Source: Epiperipatus broadwayi (taxonomy: Eukaryota; Animalia; Onychophora). Taken from it: a stretch of 64,000 bases of DNA. The stretch is from the NCBI GenBank assembly GCA_028023455.1, contig JAQFVV010000005.1:18290001-18354000 (forward strand). The letters are read 5' to 3'. The translations under genes were made by a program, and so were the position numbers. Positions 51,268 through 63,632 of this stretch are shown piece after piece. Every line of letters begins with the position of its first letter. Positions within the stretch are counted from its first letter, which is position 1. A model generated the notes under the pieces. It worked only from the letters and a program-made list of their open reading frames with translations. It did no database searches and was not told the origin of the DNA.

Positions 51268-52959
51268 AACCTTTAGCTTTGTCAGTAAAGTTAAAGTTCC
51301 AGTCATCTAATTGTTTAAGTATATATAAAAATTGTTTTTAATAAGGTAATTTGTACTGCAAACCAATTTATCAGGGCTTGATAGTTAATTCTTACTTTAT
51401 CCTTTGTCATTTTTGAGAACTTTTAAAGTCTTAATTACTTTTAAGTCATTTTAATATTCTACTGTAGTGATTTAAACATATCTGTGGCTATAAATGATTT
51501 CCAATTGCTTACATTAGATGTATTTTACTCTTTACAATAATAAGTTAATGTTAAAAGCTATTAAAAGCTAATATTGCTTTAATATATCTCCTAGTATATT
51601 AAAATTCAATGTTCAAATTAAACTTTAAGAATAACTGAATTTAAATATTTAACGTTGAGTATTAGTATTAATTTACTTGCTTATAAAAGTCATTTTTATT
51701 TCAATCATTTGTTAATAAAAGTAAATTTTTGTTAATGCTAATTGTAATAAGACTCAATCATTGGAAATAAAGTTAAGGCATATTAATTAACAAAAGATAA
51801 TGAGTTAATTTATTATTATTAAAATTTATTAGTTTGCCAATAACGAAAAACAAGATGTGTATGAATATGTTTGCAATTTAATTTCACTTCCTTATCTGTA
51901 ATATTTAATTGTTGTTAATTTTCTTTAATTACAAAACAATGAAAGTATTCTGGATAACTTCATATTTGATAAACATATATTGTTTAAAAGAATTTATTAT
52001 ACAATATTTATTTTATTGTAATAATTTTAGTTTCATAAGTAATTGTCTTATAATTTAATATTTTAATTAAACAGTCTAGATGATATGTAAATGAGTTTAT
52101 TTTCAGCCATTTCCCAGGATACCAAATCAATATTTAAACTCTAATGAAGTAAGTTAAGTAGGAGGTGATCTAAAATGTCAATTTTAATCATCAATCACAT
52201 GATTAGAAGTATAAAAGAGAAAGACATTGCACACACTTCTTTACCATTACTTTTATTCTTTCCTTTAATTAATTATCTAGCTGCAGAATTAATTATTTTT
52301 TAAAAATCTTTATTTTTAATCAATTTTATTTTGTTAAAGTAATATGTATCTTTAAATAAGTTTTAATCCAGGTGCTAGAGCTTTAAACTAGGAAATCTGA
52401 AATCTACATCACTATTAAACATTATGGAAGGTTTGAATAATTATTCTTCAACGGTTATTATTTTTATGCAGAATGTATTTCAAGGAATTTTTCATTGATC
52501 TCCACACTTATGTAAATATTTTTACTGATTATCAACTTTTTATTTACAATAAACTTTATTATTGATTCAATATTCTTTATGCCATAATATTGATATTGTT
52601 AAAAACTTTATATTTATGCAGTATTTTATGGCAGTTCTTAGTATTTTAAAATGCTTTTGCTTAATTATTGGAAGATGCTGAAAAAAGTAAGAAAATTATT
52701 AAGAAACTTTAAAATGTTTATTCTTCAGCGACATCTATTTAAAAATATATTTATTTCACTATTGTGTTACCTTTTAAACAAGTTTTCCTTGGAATAATTC
52801 ATTATTTTAATGAATAGACTATTAAAATTCTGAATGGCAGAATCTATTTATTAGTTTTGAGATGACATTTTAATTACTTATTTGTTATCTTAGCAACTGA
52901 ATAAAAGCATTCTCCTACAAGATCTTTAACTCATATCTAATATAGGTTAAAAGTAGGAA

Positions 52960-53078
52960 TTATTAACTTACTCTTTTCTTCCAAAACATAAGCTTGTGGT
53001 TAAGACCTGTAGAGGTCCCTACTATTGCATTTTTACATGTATATTTTTGAGGTTACAGCCTTAGTAGATATTACGTAC
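52960..53078. mobile_element. Family P1 terminal fragment (unfolded)
   Basis: CTCTTTTCTTCCAAAAC.TAAGCTTGTGGTTAAGACCTGTAGAGGTCCCTAC...GCCTTAGTA.ATATTAC matches 16775-16875. Confidence 0.8.
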
Positions 53079-55116
53079 TCTTTCATTTAAAATTTATAGC
53101 TGGACTATTTATGTTTAAAAATAAATATTCTACTATTGTAATGAAACATGCTCATAAAATTTACTATTATCATCATCTAACTGCAGACTGTAATGAATAA
53201 GTGGAACAGTTGTAGGTGTTATAAAAGAAATAAAGAACGTTTTTAAGTGAACTATTTTTCAAGATTATTATGCAATTAACTTTTTTTATTATAAATCTGC
53301 TCTAAATGCTTCATTATGATTATGAATTTTAAAAAAATATCTGTTCTATAATGAAACCTGCATTATCCATCAAGTTATATATTTTTCATGAATTAATGAA
53401 AAGCTAATATTATATTATACTAGAGATTGCCAATGTCATATTTAAATATTCTTCTGCAAAAAATTGAATGGTTATTGATATATTTGTGTGCTTGTGCTTA
53501 CCAAAAATCTCTTGCTTATACAAAACATTTTGAATGCTATACATATAATTTTAAATTTGTGTTTTCAATATTAGGGGAAAAAATTATGTTTGCAGGATGA
53601 TAATTACAGAACTGTATCTTGTTGACTGGTAGAACTTCCATAATAAAGGATTTCTAATTATTTATTTTTAGTAAACTGGATATAATTTTAAATTATACTT
53701 TGATGCCGTTGTGATTTACCATGTATTTTATTTATATTATGCACTTTTGTCTGATATATTTTATGCATTATTTGTAAACTGTAATATCCAGAAGTTCATA
53801 GAATATTTACTATGTTATAATATATATAATTTTAAAGTGTTATTTGCCCCCTGTCATGAGTAATTTATTTATTTGAATGTCTGTGTTTATGCAGAAGCAG
53901 TGAAGATGTATATTCTTATTGCTTATTTCAGACCATGTTTTTATTAGGCTAAATTTGTCAAATTATTTTAGTGTGTTTTACATCAATTAATTATTATATT
54001 TGTTTAAATTATAGTATTAATCTCTCTCTCTCACTCCCTGGTTTTATTGTTCATGCTTATCTTGTCTTTATATTATCCAAGAGATCATAGCTGTGACTCT
54101 TATTTTGCTAGCACATATATTTTATAAAGAGATTGTACCTGTGTCTCTCTTATTATAATATATTCCATGATTTATATTTTCATGTTTAGCATAAATGTTT
54201 TATTTAAGGCATCTCTTATTGTTCCTAATATTTTTGGTGGTTCATTCTCACTTTTCTTATGTTCAAAGACAAAGTCCTAGCATAATTTTACCCTCAAAAT
54301 GTTAGTTCTTCTTTTAAGCTCATGTCACCATTTAGGTTCATTGCCTCATTCATTTTTTCCTCTCATATATATATATATTATAACGTTTTCCATCTTGCTA
54401 GTCCTCTATATGCATTATAAATGCGTGAGTTGATCAAGTTATGTCAAAAAGAAGAAAGTTGTATTTCTATTTCTAAAAACATAACTATATTTCCTAATCA
54501 ACTTGGCCTAGAATTGTTATGATTTGCACTATTGACAAAATCAGCTTTTAATTTATTTGATCAGCGTGCCAGGATTCCTGTAAGAATCCACTGAAATCTG
54601 TCAAATAATGTATCGCAAATTAAAAAGAAAAAAGGTTTTTAAACGAATCGGTATTACATCATACTGTGAACTAGAATTGTTTTTTAAATATTATTATTCC
54701 TGGAACTTATTCAAAACATATTGGCAAAGGTAAATTACATTTTTAAATCTTACTAAACTAATAATAAATTTAATAATAAACACTAATAAATATTATTAAT
54801 AACATACAAATGAAAATTGCTATTAGAAATATTTTTATTCTAACAGATTAAAAATCTGTTTAAGTTAAATTGCAAATTAAATAAACTGAAGAGAACACAT
54901 ACTAATCCAAACATGAATACATTAATAAAAGAAATAAATAACAGTTAAACAAAATAAATTAAGGAACTTGATTAAATAAGAGTCTCTTGATCACTAAAAT
55001 TAAAGTCCATATCGGGGTCCTATTAAACATATATTTTTAAGATGGTTTGTCGACAATTTAGTCACAATCAGGAATAATAATGAGTCATAGCTTACAGGTA
55101 AGTTTAGTGAAAAAGT

Positions 55117-55468
55117 TGTAGCTTACTATGCACAGTCTTTTGGGTTAGAATGAGCTCGGCCATTGTTTATTATTTGATCTTGTAGTCTATTCCGAAGGCT
55201 AGTCACAGAAGCTTTTCTAGTGTCCAACTTCTTAACGATGTCTGCTAAAGCCCCGGTCTACTCCCACATGAAGGATTATTTCATCATGAAGTGGTCTTGG
55301 ATTTAATAATCCAAAACCAGCCAAAGGGGAAAAAAGACAAAACAAGACGTTCGTCAAACTGATCTCTGCCTTTTATACTAGAGGCCCAGTTTTCAGACTT
55401 CTGTGCATGTTATTATCATGGCATTTAGGTTCATAATCTTGTACATTCTTTATCATTTTTCAATTACA
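55117..55468 (-). mobile_element. Probable solo LTR (Gypsy-type), 352 bp
   Basis: TGTA...TACA termini and a 4-bp TSD AAGT (55113-55116 / 55469-55472). TATAAAAGG (about 55372-55380) and AATAAA (about 55166-55171) lie in the correct order on the minus strand. CpG retained. Confidence 0.6.
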
Positions 55469-56752
55469 AAGTCTTTATTTTTTCCAGCATAATTCTGCCA
55501 TCTTTAATTAGCTAAAATATTTTTCTTTTAGCTTATCTTTTTACTTTTTGAATTCTTTTACTTTATCAGGATTAGTAATCTGCGTGTCTTTTGTTCTCTC
55601 CAATTTCTACTTTTATTTTTAATTACGTAAAAATATAAAAGACAATTTTAACTTTCACTGTATGTTTTTTTAAAAAAATAAATTATACTAATAAAAAAAA
55701 TTAAGTTTACTCTTTTTTTTTTTTTTTTTAGCTTTTACCAATTTATAAATAAACGGTACAATATAGACATGTGTATATTACCATGACTTTATTATTTTTT
55801 GCAATTGATATTGTTATTTGTTTTGAGGAATATCATCTGCTCTTCTATTGCACTCTTGAATATTCTGAGTAGGGGTTAAAGATGGTTTTAATGTATAGGT
55901 CTGTTTTCATTGTGCTTTGCCAGTATTGCGGGGCCTACAACTAATAAATATTTTTTTGAAATTAAAATTGTATTTATAGGCCTTAGTAAGTAATATTTAT
56001 CACTTCTAGCATTAATTTCATCACTGGAATGGTAACTCATACTTATTATTTAGAAGTACTCATTATTGGAACAATATAATAGTATAACTTGTATGTAAAT
56101 GTAGAATTTCTTGTGATAATGCTCATGTTAAGAAAATTGTTATCAAGCAGCCATTAACAATAGAGAATTATCATTTAATTTGTAGAATTATTTGTTATTA
56201 TTATTATAAACTGTAAACTTTAAGAAAAGTATTTCTCTATGCAGTGAATTGTATAGCATAGTGTTAGTACAGCTTGCTTGAAAGATTGTAGATTTCCAAA
56301 GTTGTTATTTAGTTAATAGTCCTTCTTGCTAAAATAAATGTTTTTATTGTTAAATATGTTGTCTAGTTTCAATACATCACTATCACATTTTATCTAGCCA
56401 GAAACCTTGACTTTATTAACTATTATACAATTATATTTTAAGTTGGTGACTAAGAATACATGACATAAAAAATGAATATAATAATCACTTTGTTAAATTG
56501 GCTTGCAGAAGTTAAGAAAGCATCTAATAAATAGATTATTCATTCATTTTTTTAATTTTAAATGATCATTTTAATCCAATTGCATTTATTAGAATATAGC
56601 TTTTGAGGCTAAATTATTATTTACTTTATTCAAAAGATTATCGTTGATTAAATGCTTTAATTATTCCTCTTAAATTTATAAAAAAGATTGGTAGAGTTGT
56701 TAGAATATCTAGAGTGATCATAAAATTCCTCATCCACTCATGATATTCAAAT

Positions 56753-56869
56753 GCAAGCATTGTTAGCCAAGAAGAAGTCAGCGCAGCTACCTTGCAAGCA
56801 AGCAGTTGGTTGCAGACGGTTGTTGCGGGTTCGCCTCCCATCCGATGCTATAACATATGGAAAAAAAAA
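56753..56869 (+). mobile_element. tRNA-Gly-derived SINE, copy 8
   Basis: GCATTG.TAGCC..GAAGTCAGCGCAGCTACCTTGCAAGCAAGCAGTTGG...GGGTTCGCCTCCC.TCCGATGC plus A tail. Confidence 0.8.
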
Positions 56870-56955
56870 GTTTTTAGGTCTATATTATTGTAGACAATAT
56901 TTTATTAAAAAAAGTATTAATAATAATAATAATAAATAATAATAATAAATCTTAA

Positions 56956-57186
56956 ATTAAACATAGTTCAATGTGTATGTAAACAAAGAGAATAAATCAC
57001 TCTCCTCCAGGATATGACTTAAAAGCACTCTAAACGTTGAATAAAAAATCAATAATTGAATGAACTCACCTATTCTTGATCCTTTATTAAACATTTAGAG
57101 TGCTTTTAAGTAATAGCCTGGGGAGAGTGATTTATTCCCTTCTCTTACATATATATTAAGCTATGTTTACTTTAAAGCTTCCATAT
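56956..57186. mobile_element. Fold-back insertion, family P7; a further direct copy at 57372-57460
   Basis: Arms about 56959-57045 / 57083-57169. 10-bp TSD TAAATCTTAA at 56946 and 57187. Confidence 0.75.
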
Positions 57187-57469
57187 TAAATCTTAATACT
57201 TAATTATTACAATTATGCTGTTAAAAGTGAAGTGCTATCTCTAGCCTTATAGAATTAATTATGAGTTTAATATCCCATAAGTGCCATATTCCATCTAGTT
57301 GATAAATTAATTTCACTCTGAATTACCAACAATATTGACAAAGCTATGCTTATAAAACATCAAAGCTGTCAAGAATATGTGGATTCATTCTATTCTTGAT
57401 CCTTTAGTCAACATTTAGAGTGCTTATAAGTCATACCCTGGGAGAGAATGATTTACTCCCTTTATTTTT

Positions 57470-57488
57470 TTGATGATGATGATGATGA

Positions 57489-57538
<50 letters not shown>
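57470..57538. repeat. (GAT)n-(ATT)n compound microsatellite
   Basis: Direct reading. Confidence 0.9.
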
Positions 57539-57898
57539 GTAAATTAGGTAGACATTATCTTATGGTGTAAGAGTATGTGTCCTCATATTTTTACTAGGAT
57601 TTCATTCATTGCCTAAGTTCAAATAAAAGAGTGAAATTTTAATATAAATATTTAATTAAAGAATCCTGAGATCTTAATATTATAATCAATAATGAAAACG
57701 AAATTATTTTACAAAAGAAATCCTTTGAAGAAACAAGGTGGCACAAAATATAAAACATAATTCTTTATCAGATAATTGTGAAATGTGGATCTAATCATTG
57801 CAATGAAATATTGAGAATAGTGTTTGTTGAATGTGTTATTATTTGGAGGGGGATTATTATACGTGCTATGAGAAAAAATCTAATATAACCTAATTTAT

Positions 57899-58173
57899 TA
57901 TCATCATCAACCATTATCAATCCACTGCATGATGAAGGTCTCTCCAAGTTCACTCCATCTTCTCCGATCTTTAGCTTCTCTTCTCCACATCACTTCTGCC
58001 CACTTTCTTATTTCATCCATCCATCTCATATGTGGTATCTTTCTGGGTCTTTTACAATCTCTTGGAGTTCAGTTTAAGATTTCAATTGTCCATCTATTAT
58101 CATCTCTTCTAGCAATATGTCCAGCCCAACTCCACTTCAGTCTTTTAATTTTTTCGATGAGGTCAGTAACACC
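57899..58173 (-). mobile_element. RTE-clade LINE 3' fragment, copy 3
   Basis: Reverse complement of 11185-11450, with a (GAT)n tail. Confidence 0.9.
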
Positions 58174-58429
58174 GGCAGTATATGCTTTCTATATTAAGAG
58201 TATTTCTGTAATTCGTAATAGTTGAGAGTTCTACTCTGAAATTTTTATTAAATGTTAATTAGTATATTTACAATGCTTATTTATTGTTATTCTTAGCAAT
58301 ATGGCTCTTTTTATTATAGCATATATTATTTAAAGCTCTGAGCCAAGTCTAATATATTATTATTATACATCATTAATTTACAATTGTAGCCAACATATTT
58401 GACTTATTATATACTATATATATGTATAT

Positions 58430-59568
58430 TGTACCGGTATAAATCCACCACGCTTACTCATACACAGTACCCGAGTTCAAACCCAGTCCACGTTTAAGAA
58501 TAATTTCCAAAACGCCAACTGAATTCAAACCCAAACCCCGGTATGACTAACCGATGATGACTTTATAACAGCACGGGGTTATCCCTTTTCTAGCTCAGCT
58601 TAGAACATGGACTAAATTCTTACAGTTAATGATATATAGGTTTATTAGACTATAGATATTGGAACGGTCATTCATGTAACATATATATTTAAGTTGCCAA
58701 TACAGACAGAAAGTGGCTAAATAGACTTAGAGAGTAATAAGGTGGAGGACACAAAGATTAAGATTAAATAAAGTGTTTAATAAGCAAAATATAAAGCATA
58801 TAAATATAGTGTTAAATAAGACAAATAGAAAGCACATGAATATAATGTTATATAATAGAAATATACAGCATATAAATATAGTGTTATACAGTACGGTAAG
58901 ACTTCATAAATCCTCTTGTATTTGGCTACTAGTCTTTAGTGAACGTTTATTTAATGAACAAACTCATGCCAATAGCTGGGGAGTTAAATGATTGACGGGT
59001 GGTTAAGAGAATCAGAGTATTTGAGCACTGGAAAAATATTCATCTAAAGATTTTTATTAACTTATTTTATTAGAATAGGCTCGAGCCGTTACGTAGACGA
59101 ACAGTTGGAGGATGGTTTTATATAAAGACGACATAAAGGATAGATGTGCTGGTAGTTTTATATAAATACGACATGGAAGATAGATGAACTGGTGGTTGCC
59201 TGGATTCAAATGCCCTACAGTAATCACTTGCGGTGCATTAACGGAATACCGGGCGGCTTGTACTTTGACAAGGCTTAATGCCCCCAAGTAGCTCCGGGAC
59301 ACGACAACCAGCCGGGATCATTTCGAACCCCGGTGATCCAAGAGATTACCGGGAAAGAAAAACTGCTTTCATTCCCCAATGGTAGAATGGCGAGACACTA
59401 ACTTCAGCGAAGGGAAGGCATTGCCACAGACGTGAAGGACGAATACTTGCAGCGGATTTTTTTAAAAGAAATTATATAAAACCTGGAAACTATTTGTCTG
59501 TTTCTACGCCACAGGCTGAGATCCTTACCCCAATAAAACGTAGCGGACTTAAACTGACGGTGGCAACA
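58430..59568. repeat. Left LTR, putative 1139 bp
   Basis: The left end is fixed by homology with 63633. The right end is only inferred from ...GGTGGCAACA (TG...CA rule). Internal tandem units of about 36 bp x3 (58795-58890) and 40 bp x2 (59114-59193). Confidence 0.6.
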
Positions 59569-61207
59569 ATAATTAGTTAAATTTACTCTGAAACTCTAAC
59601 CCTTCGGGTTAACAGGCGGTAGCGATAGTATCAAATTATTCAGATAATTATTTCTCATATTATACATAACATTAATGTAACACTTTGAAACCATTATATA
59701 TATATATTTTAAGATCGAACCTTAGATTGCAATTATAGGACAAATTAACATAGACTAATAAAGTGACTTAACATTTATCAACTCGGAATGTGAAAGAATA
59801 TTTAATTCAGAAAATGAAATTACTTTTAAGATAACTTGATCATTATTGTACACTAGTTTTACTATTGACATCGTTTGTTTATGGAATAAGCAACACACAA
59901 AAAAAATATAAATGCATTCATTTAAATTATTATTACTATTAATTACAAATGTTATAAATTATTTCTAAAGACTAGAGCGGAGGATTTAAAAGAAAAGAAA
60001 ATTTACTGACAGGTTAAACAAAAGCATTATAAATGATATAAAAACTTACATATGATTTACTTGATTGATAACATTAAGCACGGAAGAAAGTTAAAGTTCG
60101 TGTAACACAGTTACTCTTCTTTCTTCATCCTGCTTGACTTGTGACGAACGTAGGCGCGCATTTTTGAAAGTTATTTGCAAGGCATAGTTAATTTTGAGAT
60201 TGGAAGTTGGAAATTCTGAGGTATATGAAACATGATCAAACAGCGGCACGAGGATCCATATTGGCGGGCAGAGACCAGCTCCTGGCAATTAGCCCATGAA
60301 CATGGCGATTCACTGATAAACTTCTTAATAATAAGGTTTGAATTATACTCAACTGCTGTGTTGTCTCGAGACTACTTCTCTCACACACGACCAAAGTTAG
60401 AATGTAAGTTTTTTTCTAAAATAGCCACTGCTGACCTTTCCGACTTGTTTTTGTTTTAGGCTCCGCCTACTTTCTCTAGCCTCTAGCGATGCAGCTTGAC
60501 CAATAATCAATTATCTGTTTTTAGCAATCTTTTAATTTAATATTCCACTTTTAAATCGGTACAGTAATTACATATAAAAATTCCTTACTAATTTTGAATA
60601 CAACTTAATTGCTCTGAACATTTGTGCAATTAGATTTTAATTAAAAACACTGATCAAAGGAATGTGATTTTTGATCAGTATTTTTATACGACTTTATACA
60701 ATTTAAAAAAAACTAAAATTCAAATAAATACGCCCGCACTGACACTTTAAATTAATTGATACAAATTCGCAAACCACGCACACACAAATATTATTTCATG
60801 GTTTGCGACATTTATATACGGCATCTTTACACATTGACTGATAAACTATAAAATATATAACTAATTTTTATATTATAACTTAAAATAGACAAAATCTCAC
60901 TGCGGGCGAACAGTAGTTTGAATTACCGTACATGAAAACACCTGAAACGAAGATCGGTTCTCCGATCTGTCTGTTTCATTTCTTGTCACTTTATAAAAAA
61001 AAACAACAAAAAAAAAAATGATTATACATAATTTCTGATTAACAGTTTTTCTTTCTCTTTTCACATAATTGATTGACCTTGGAGAACAGTCTGGGTGAGG
61101 GTTTGAACTTAACATTTATAAAGGTGGGTATATTACCGTAATTCCTTTTCTCATCATCATGTGCATGTCACAGTGGTCATTTTCCGGGTCATCATTTATT
61201 GCGATTT

Positions 61208-62485
61208 CTACCTTTTCCCTGGGTCGGGAGGTATATAAGGGTTATAGGTATGTCTTTTTAGATCTCTTACTAAAATAGCAAAAGCGGTCACCATATTGTG
61301 CTTTGGTATATTATTATATTGTTCATTATTAAAAGTATCTTGCTTTAAAAGAATTTCTCTAACTTTCTGTGATCTAATGGCATCCATTATAACATATTCA
61401 CTTTGGGAGTTAAGAAGTTTTTCTCCATTTTTCATGAAACTATTTTTTTCAACATATGTCCATGCTTTAAAACAAAGTTTATTATTTCTATTTAATGAGT
61501 TCAGCTCCTCATCAATTTTGTTCTGATCACATTTCATAAACAAATAATTATGGGTTTTATTAAAATGTGCAGCATTGTACACAACTAAAGATCTGTCCAC
61601 TTTCTTCATTTTCATATCAGGAGGCCATTCAGCATCATTTTTAAACTTTAACTTTGATGTCTTCATTAATCCACTTTTCCACAGAACATCTTTATAATTA
61701 TTATGAAAATATAACTTCTCATTAATTATGATTTCAGAAGATTCATCCGTAACAGTATGTATTGTTCTATTGATATTTTTCATCATCGATACAGCCACTC
61801 CATTAGAGGGTGGTAAACTGATATAATCACTTTGAAATGGGCTGGCTTGCAGTAAATTTGAAACCACCATTTCCTCAGTACTTTCTTCATTCTTGGCTAA
61901 ATCTGCTAGAGTAAAACTTTGACTATGAGTAATCTCTGTCAAATCTAATTCTTTACATTTTTGTTGAGTAGAGTTGGCATTTGTATTCACTAATCTAATC
62001 TCATGAGGTTCCAACCTTATTTTAGTTGGTTGAGGTTCTGTGTCCTCTGCTCCACTCCTCGCACTATTGCTTTCCTTGCTGTCCCCAACTTCTTTTGGGG
62101 TGGCCTGGTCATCTTCATTTTCTATTTTTGGGTCTTCAGAGGGATTTATTTCCCGCTGACGCCCTGCATTTTCTAGACTTGAGTCGGCTCGGATGCCCCG
62201 TGCCTCGTCGATCCTTACCAGCCTCTCCAACATCATCATTATAACCTTCCTGTCCTCTCTCATCTCTCTGAGGATCGCGTTAAACTTCGTATCGCGATCG
62301 TGCTCCCTCTGTTTGACGTTCCTCTCCGGTCGTCTAAAACTTTGTTTTTTATCCTGAAAATTTTTTAACACGACTTCATGGTCGCTGGATGTGTCCGACG
62401 TCTCTGCACCAGTCGCGGACACATGCTCGCTTTCTTCTATTGCTGTCATTTCTTTTTCGTTTTTACTTAGAAATGTTTTTAGCAT
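61208..62485 (-). CDS. Intact 425-aa orphan protein in the gag position of the LTR element
   Basis: ATG to TAG without interruption. Acidic, disordered N-half with a short coiled-coil-like stretch (about aa 55-95) and an apparently globular C-terminal region of about 180 aa. No CCHC knuckle or other motif recognised. TATATAAAAA upstream (62833-62842) and AATAAA just downstream (61195-61200) on the same strand. Confidence 0.8.
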   Translation of the reverse strand: MLKTFLSKNEKEMTAIEESEHVSATGAETSDTSSDHEVVLKNFQDKKQSFRRPERNVKQREHDRDTKFNAILREMREDRKVIMMMLERLVRIDEARGIRADSSLENAGRQREINPSEDPKIENEDDQATPKEVGDSKESNSARSGAEDTEPQPTKIRLEPHEIRLVNTNANSTQQKCKELDLTEITHSQSFTLADLAKNEESTEEMVVSNLLQASPFQSDYISLPPSNGVAVSMMKNINRTIHTVTDESSEIIINEKLYFHNNYKDVLWKSGLMKTSKLKFKNDAEWPPDMKMKKVDRSLVVYNAAHFNKTHNYLFMKCDQNKIDEELNSLNRNNKLCFKAWTYVEKNSFMKNGEKLLNSQSEYVIMDAIRSQKVREILLKQDTFNNEQYNNIPKHNMVTAFAILVRDLKRHTYNPYIPPDPGKR

Positions 62486-63597
62486 AAGACTTTGATTCGT
62501 ACAACGCTTTGATTTGTATATATCATAAAAGGTTACTGATCCCTGCTCCTTGTGCCAAATCCCCCTCCGCTGCTGATACTGTTTGTGTGGCTTACTTCCT
62601 TTCTCTCTTTCTTCCTTCGCCTACGTTCAGTCTGGTTTTTGTTACCTATGCTTTTTTTCCTTTATTTAGGAATATAATATGACATGTCTAAAATCATTAC
62701 TAAAAATATACAGGGGAAAAAAAAACTTTATTTCACCCAGTTCGCACTGTTCTCCTCAGTCCTATAATACATACATATTCATAATGGGTACATAACATAG
62801 TATTTTTTTGTATTTCTGTCAGTAATTCTCTCTTTTTATATATGCCACCCTACTCTCTTTTAAAACAACACTCGCCACTGCTGTATGGACAAACATGTTT
62901 GCTGACAAATTTATTTGATAGGCGCCAGCCAGCAACATGTGACCAATAGATAATTTAATCTACTGATCCCCAAATATATACTTTTATATGACCTAATAAT
63001 TTTTTGATTTAAGATTTATATAGGCAGAAAAAAATTTAATACTGACTCCGGTAAGGTTTTTTTTTTTTATATTACAACATATATATGCACACACGTGTTT
63101 ATTTCTAAAACACAAAAATAATCCTACTTCTTTATTCTTTTTTTCAAAAAAAAATATTTTTCACAACAAACGAAAATATATATATATATACGTACACAAA
63201 TATATATACGCGTACACGTTTTTATTTTTCAGAACTGGACTTAATTCTACTTCTTTATTTTTTCATTTGATTTAAACAACAAGAATGAACTCGCAAAAAC
63301 ATTATGGAATACTCATTTATTTTAATTAATTACACGCACGAATTGCTTCCGCTCTCTTTTCAAAAAAAATCTTCACTCTGTTTCTTAACAATATTTGAGA
63401 GTACTATATACTGATTCTTTATGTGAGGGAGAAAAAAAAATTTATATTACTTGTTTTACTACTATAATTTAACTTGCGCATTTTAATACGCCAAATACGT
63501 ATCGATATTATGACAAACGACACAAAAAAAATTGAATATTTTTATCATTTAACTGTTTACTTCCGTTCACTCTGCAGGGTGTGGGAGATTTCTTCAT

Positions 63598-63620
63598 CGA
63601 AGCACCACGGAGGGCGTCCA
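63598..63620 (-). promoter_or_regulatory. Putative primer-binding site related to tRNA-Lys(CTT)
   Basis: Minus strand TGGACGCCCTCCGTGGTGCTTCG compared with the Lys(CTT) complement TGGCGCCCAACGTGGGGCTCG (recalled from memory). It lies 12 nt from the LTR end. Confidence 0.55.
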
Positions 63621-63632
63621 AAATATAATAAC

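Noticed and set aside
19120-57000. Short track ORFs lying in palindromes, microsatellites or SINEs (19120, 22338, 25678/25688, 28002, 32608, 33349, 45350-45631, 45999, 56638/56751)
   Set aside because: Explained by repeat structure or low complexity; no protein motifs.
58473-58531. Two B-box-like GA(G/A)TTCAAACC motifs in the LTR
   Set aside because: No A-box or tRNA fold; too short to support a Pol III claim.
61110-61215. Possible -1 frameshift or readthrough extension of the 425-aa ORF into a pol
   Set aside because: There is no in-phase slippery heptamer, the -1 frame closes after about 32 codons, and no pol motifs lie downstream.
61296-62244. Plus-strand ORFs 61296-61526 and 62026-62244
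   Set aside because: Antisense shadows of the 425-aa ORF.
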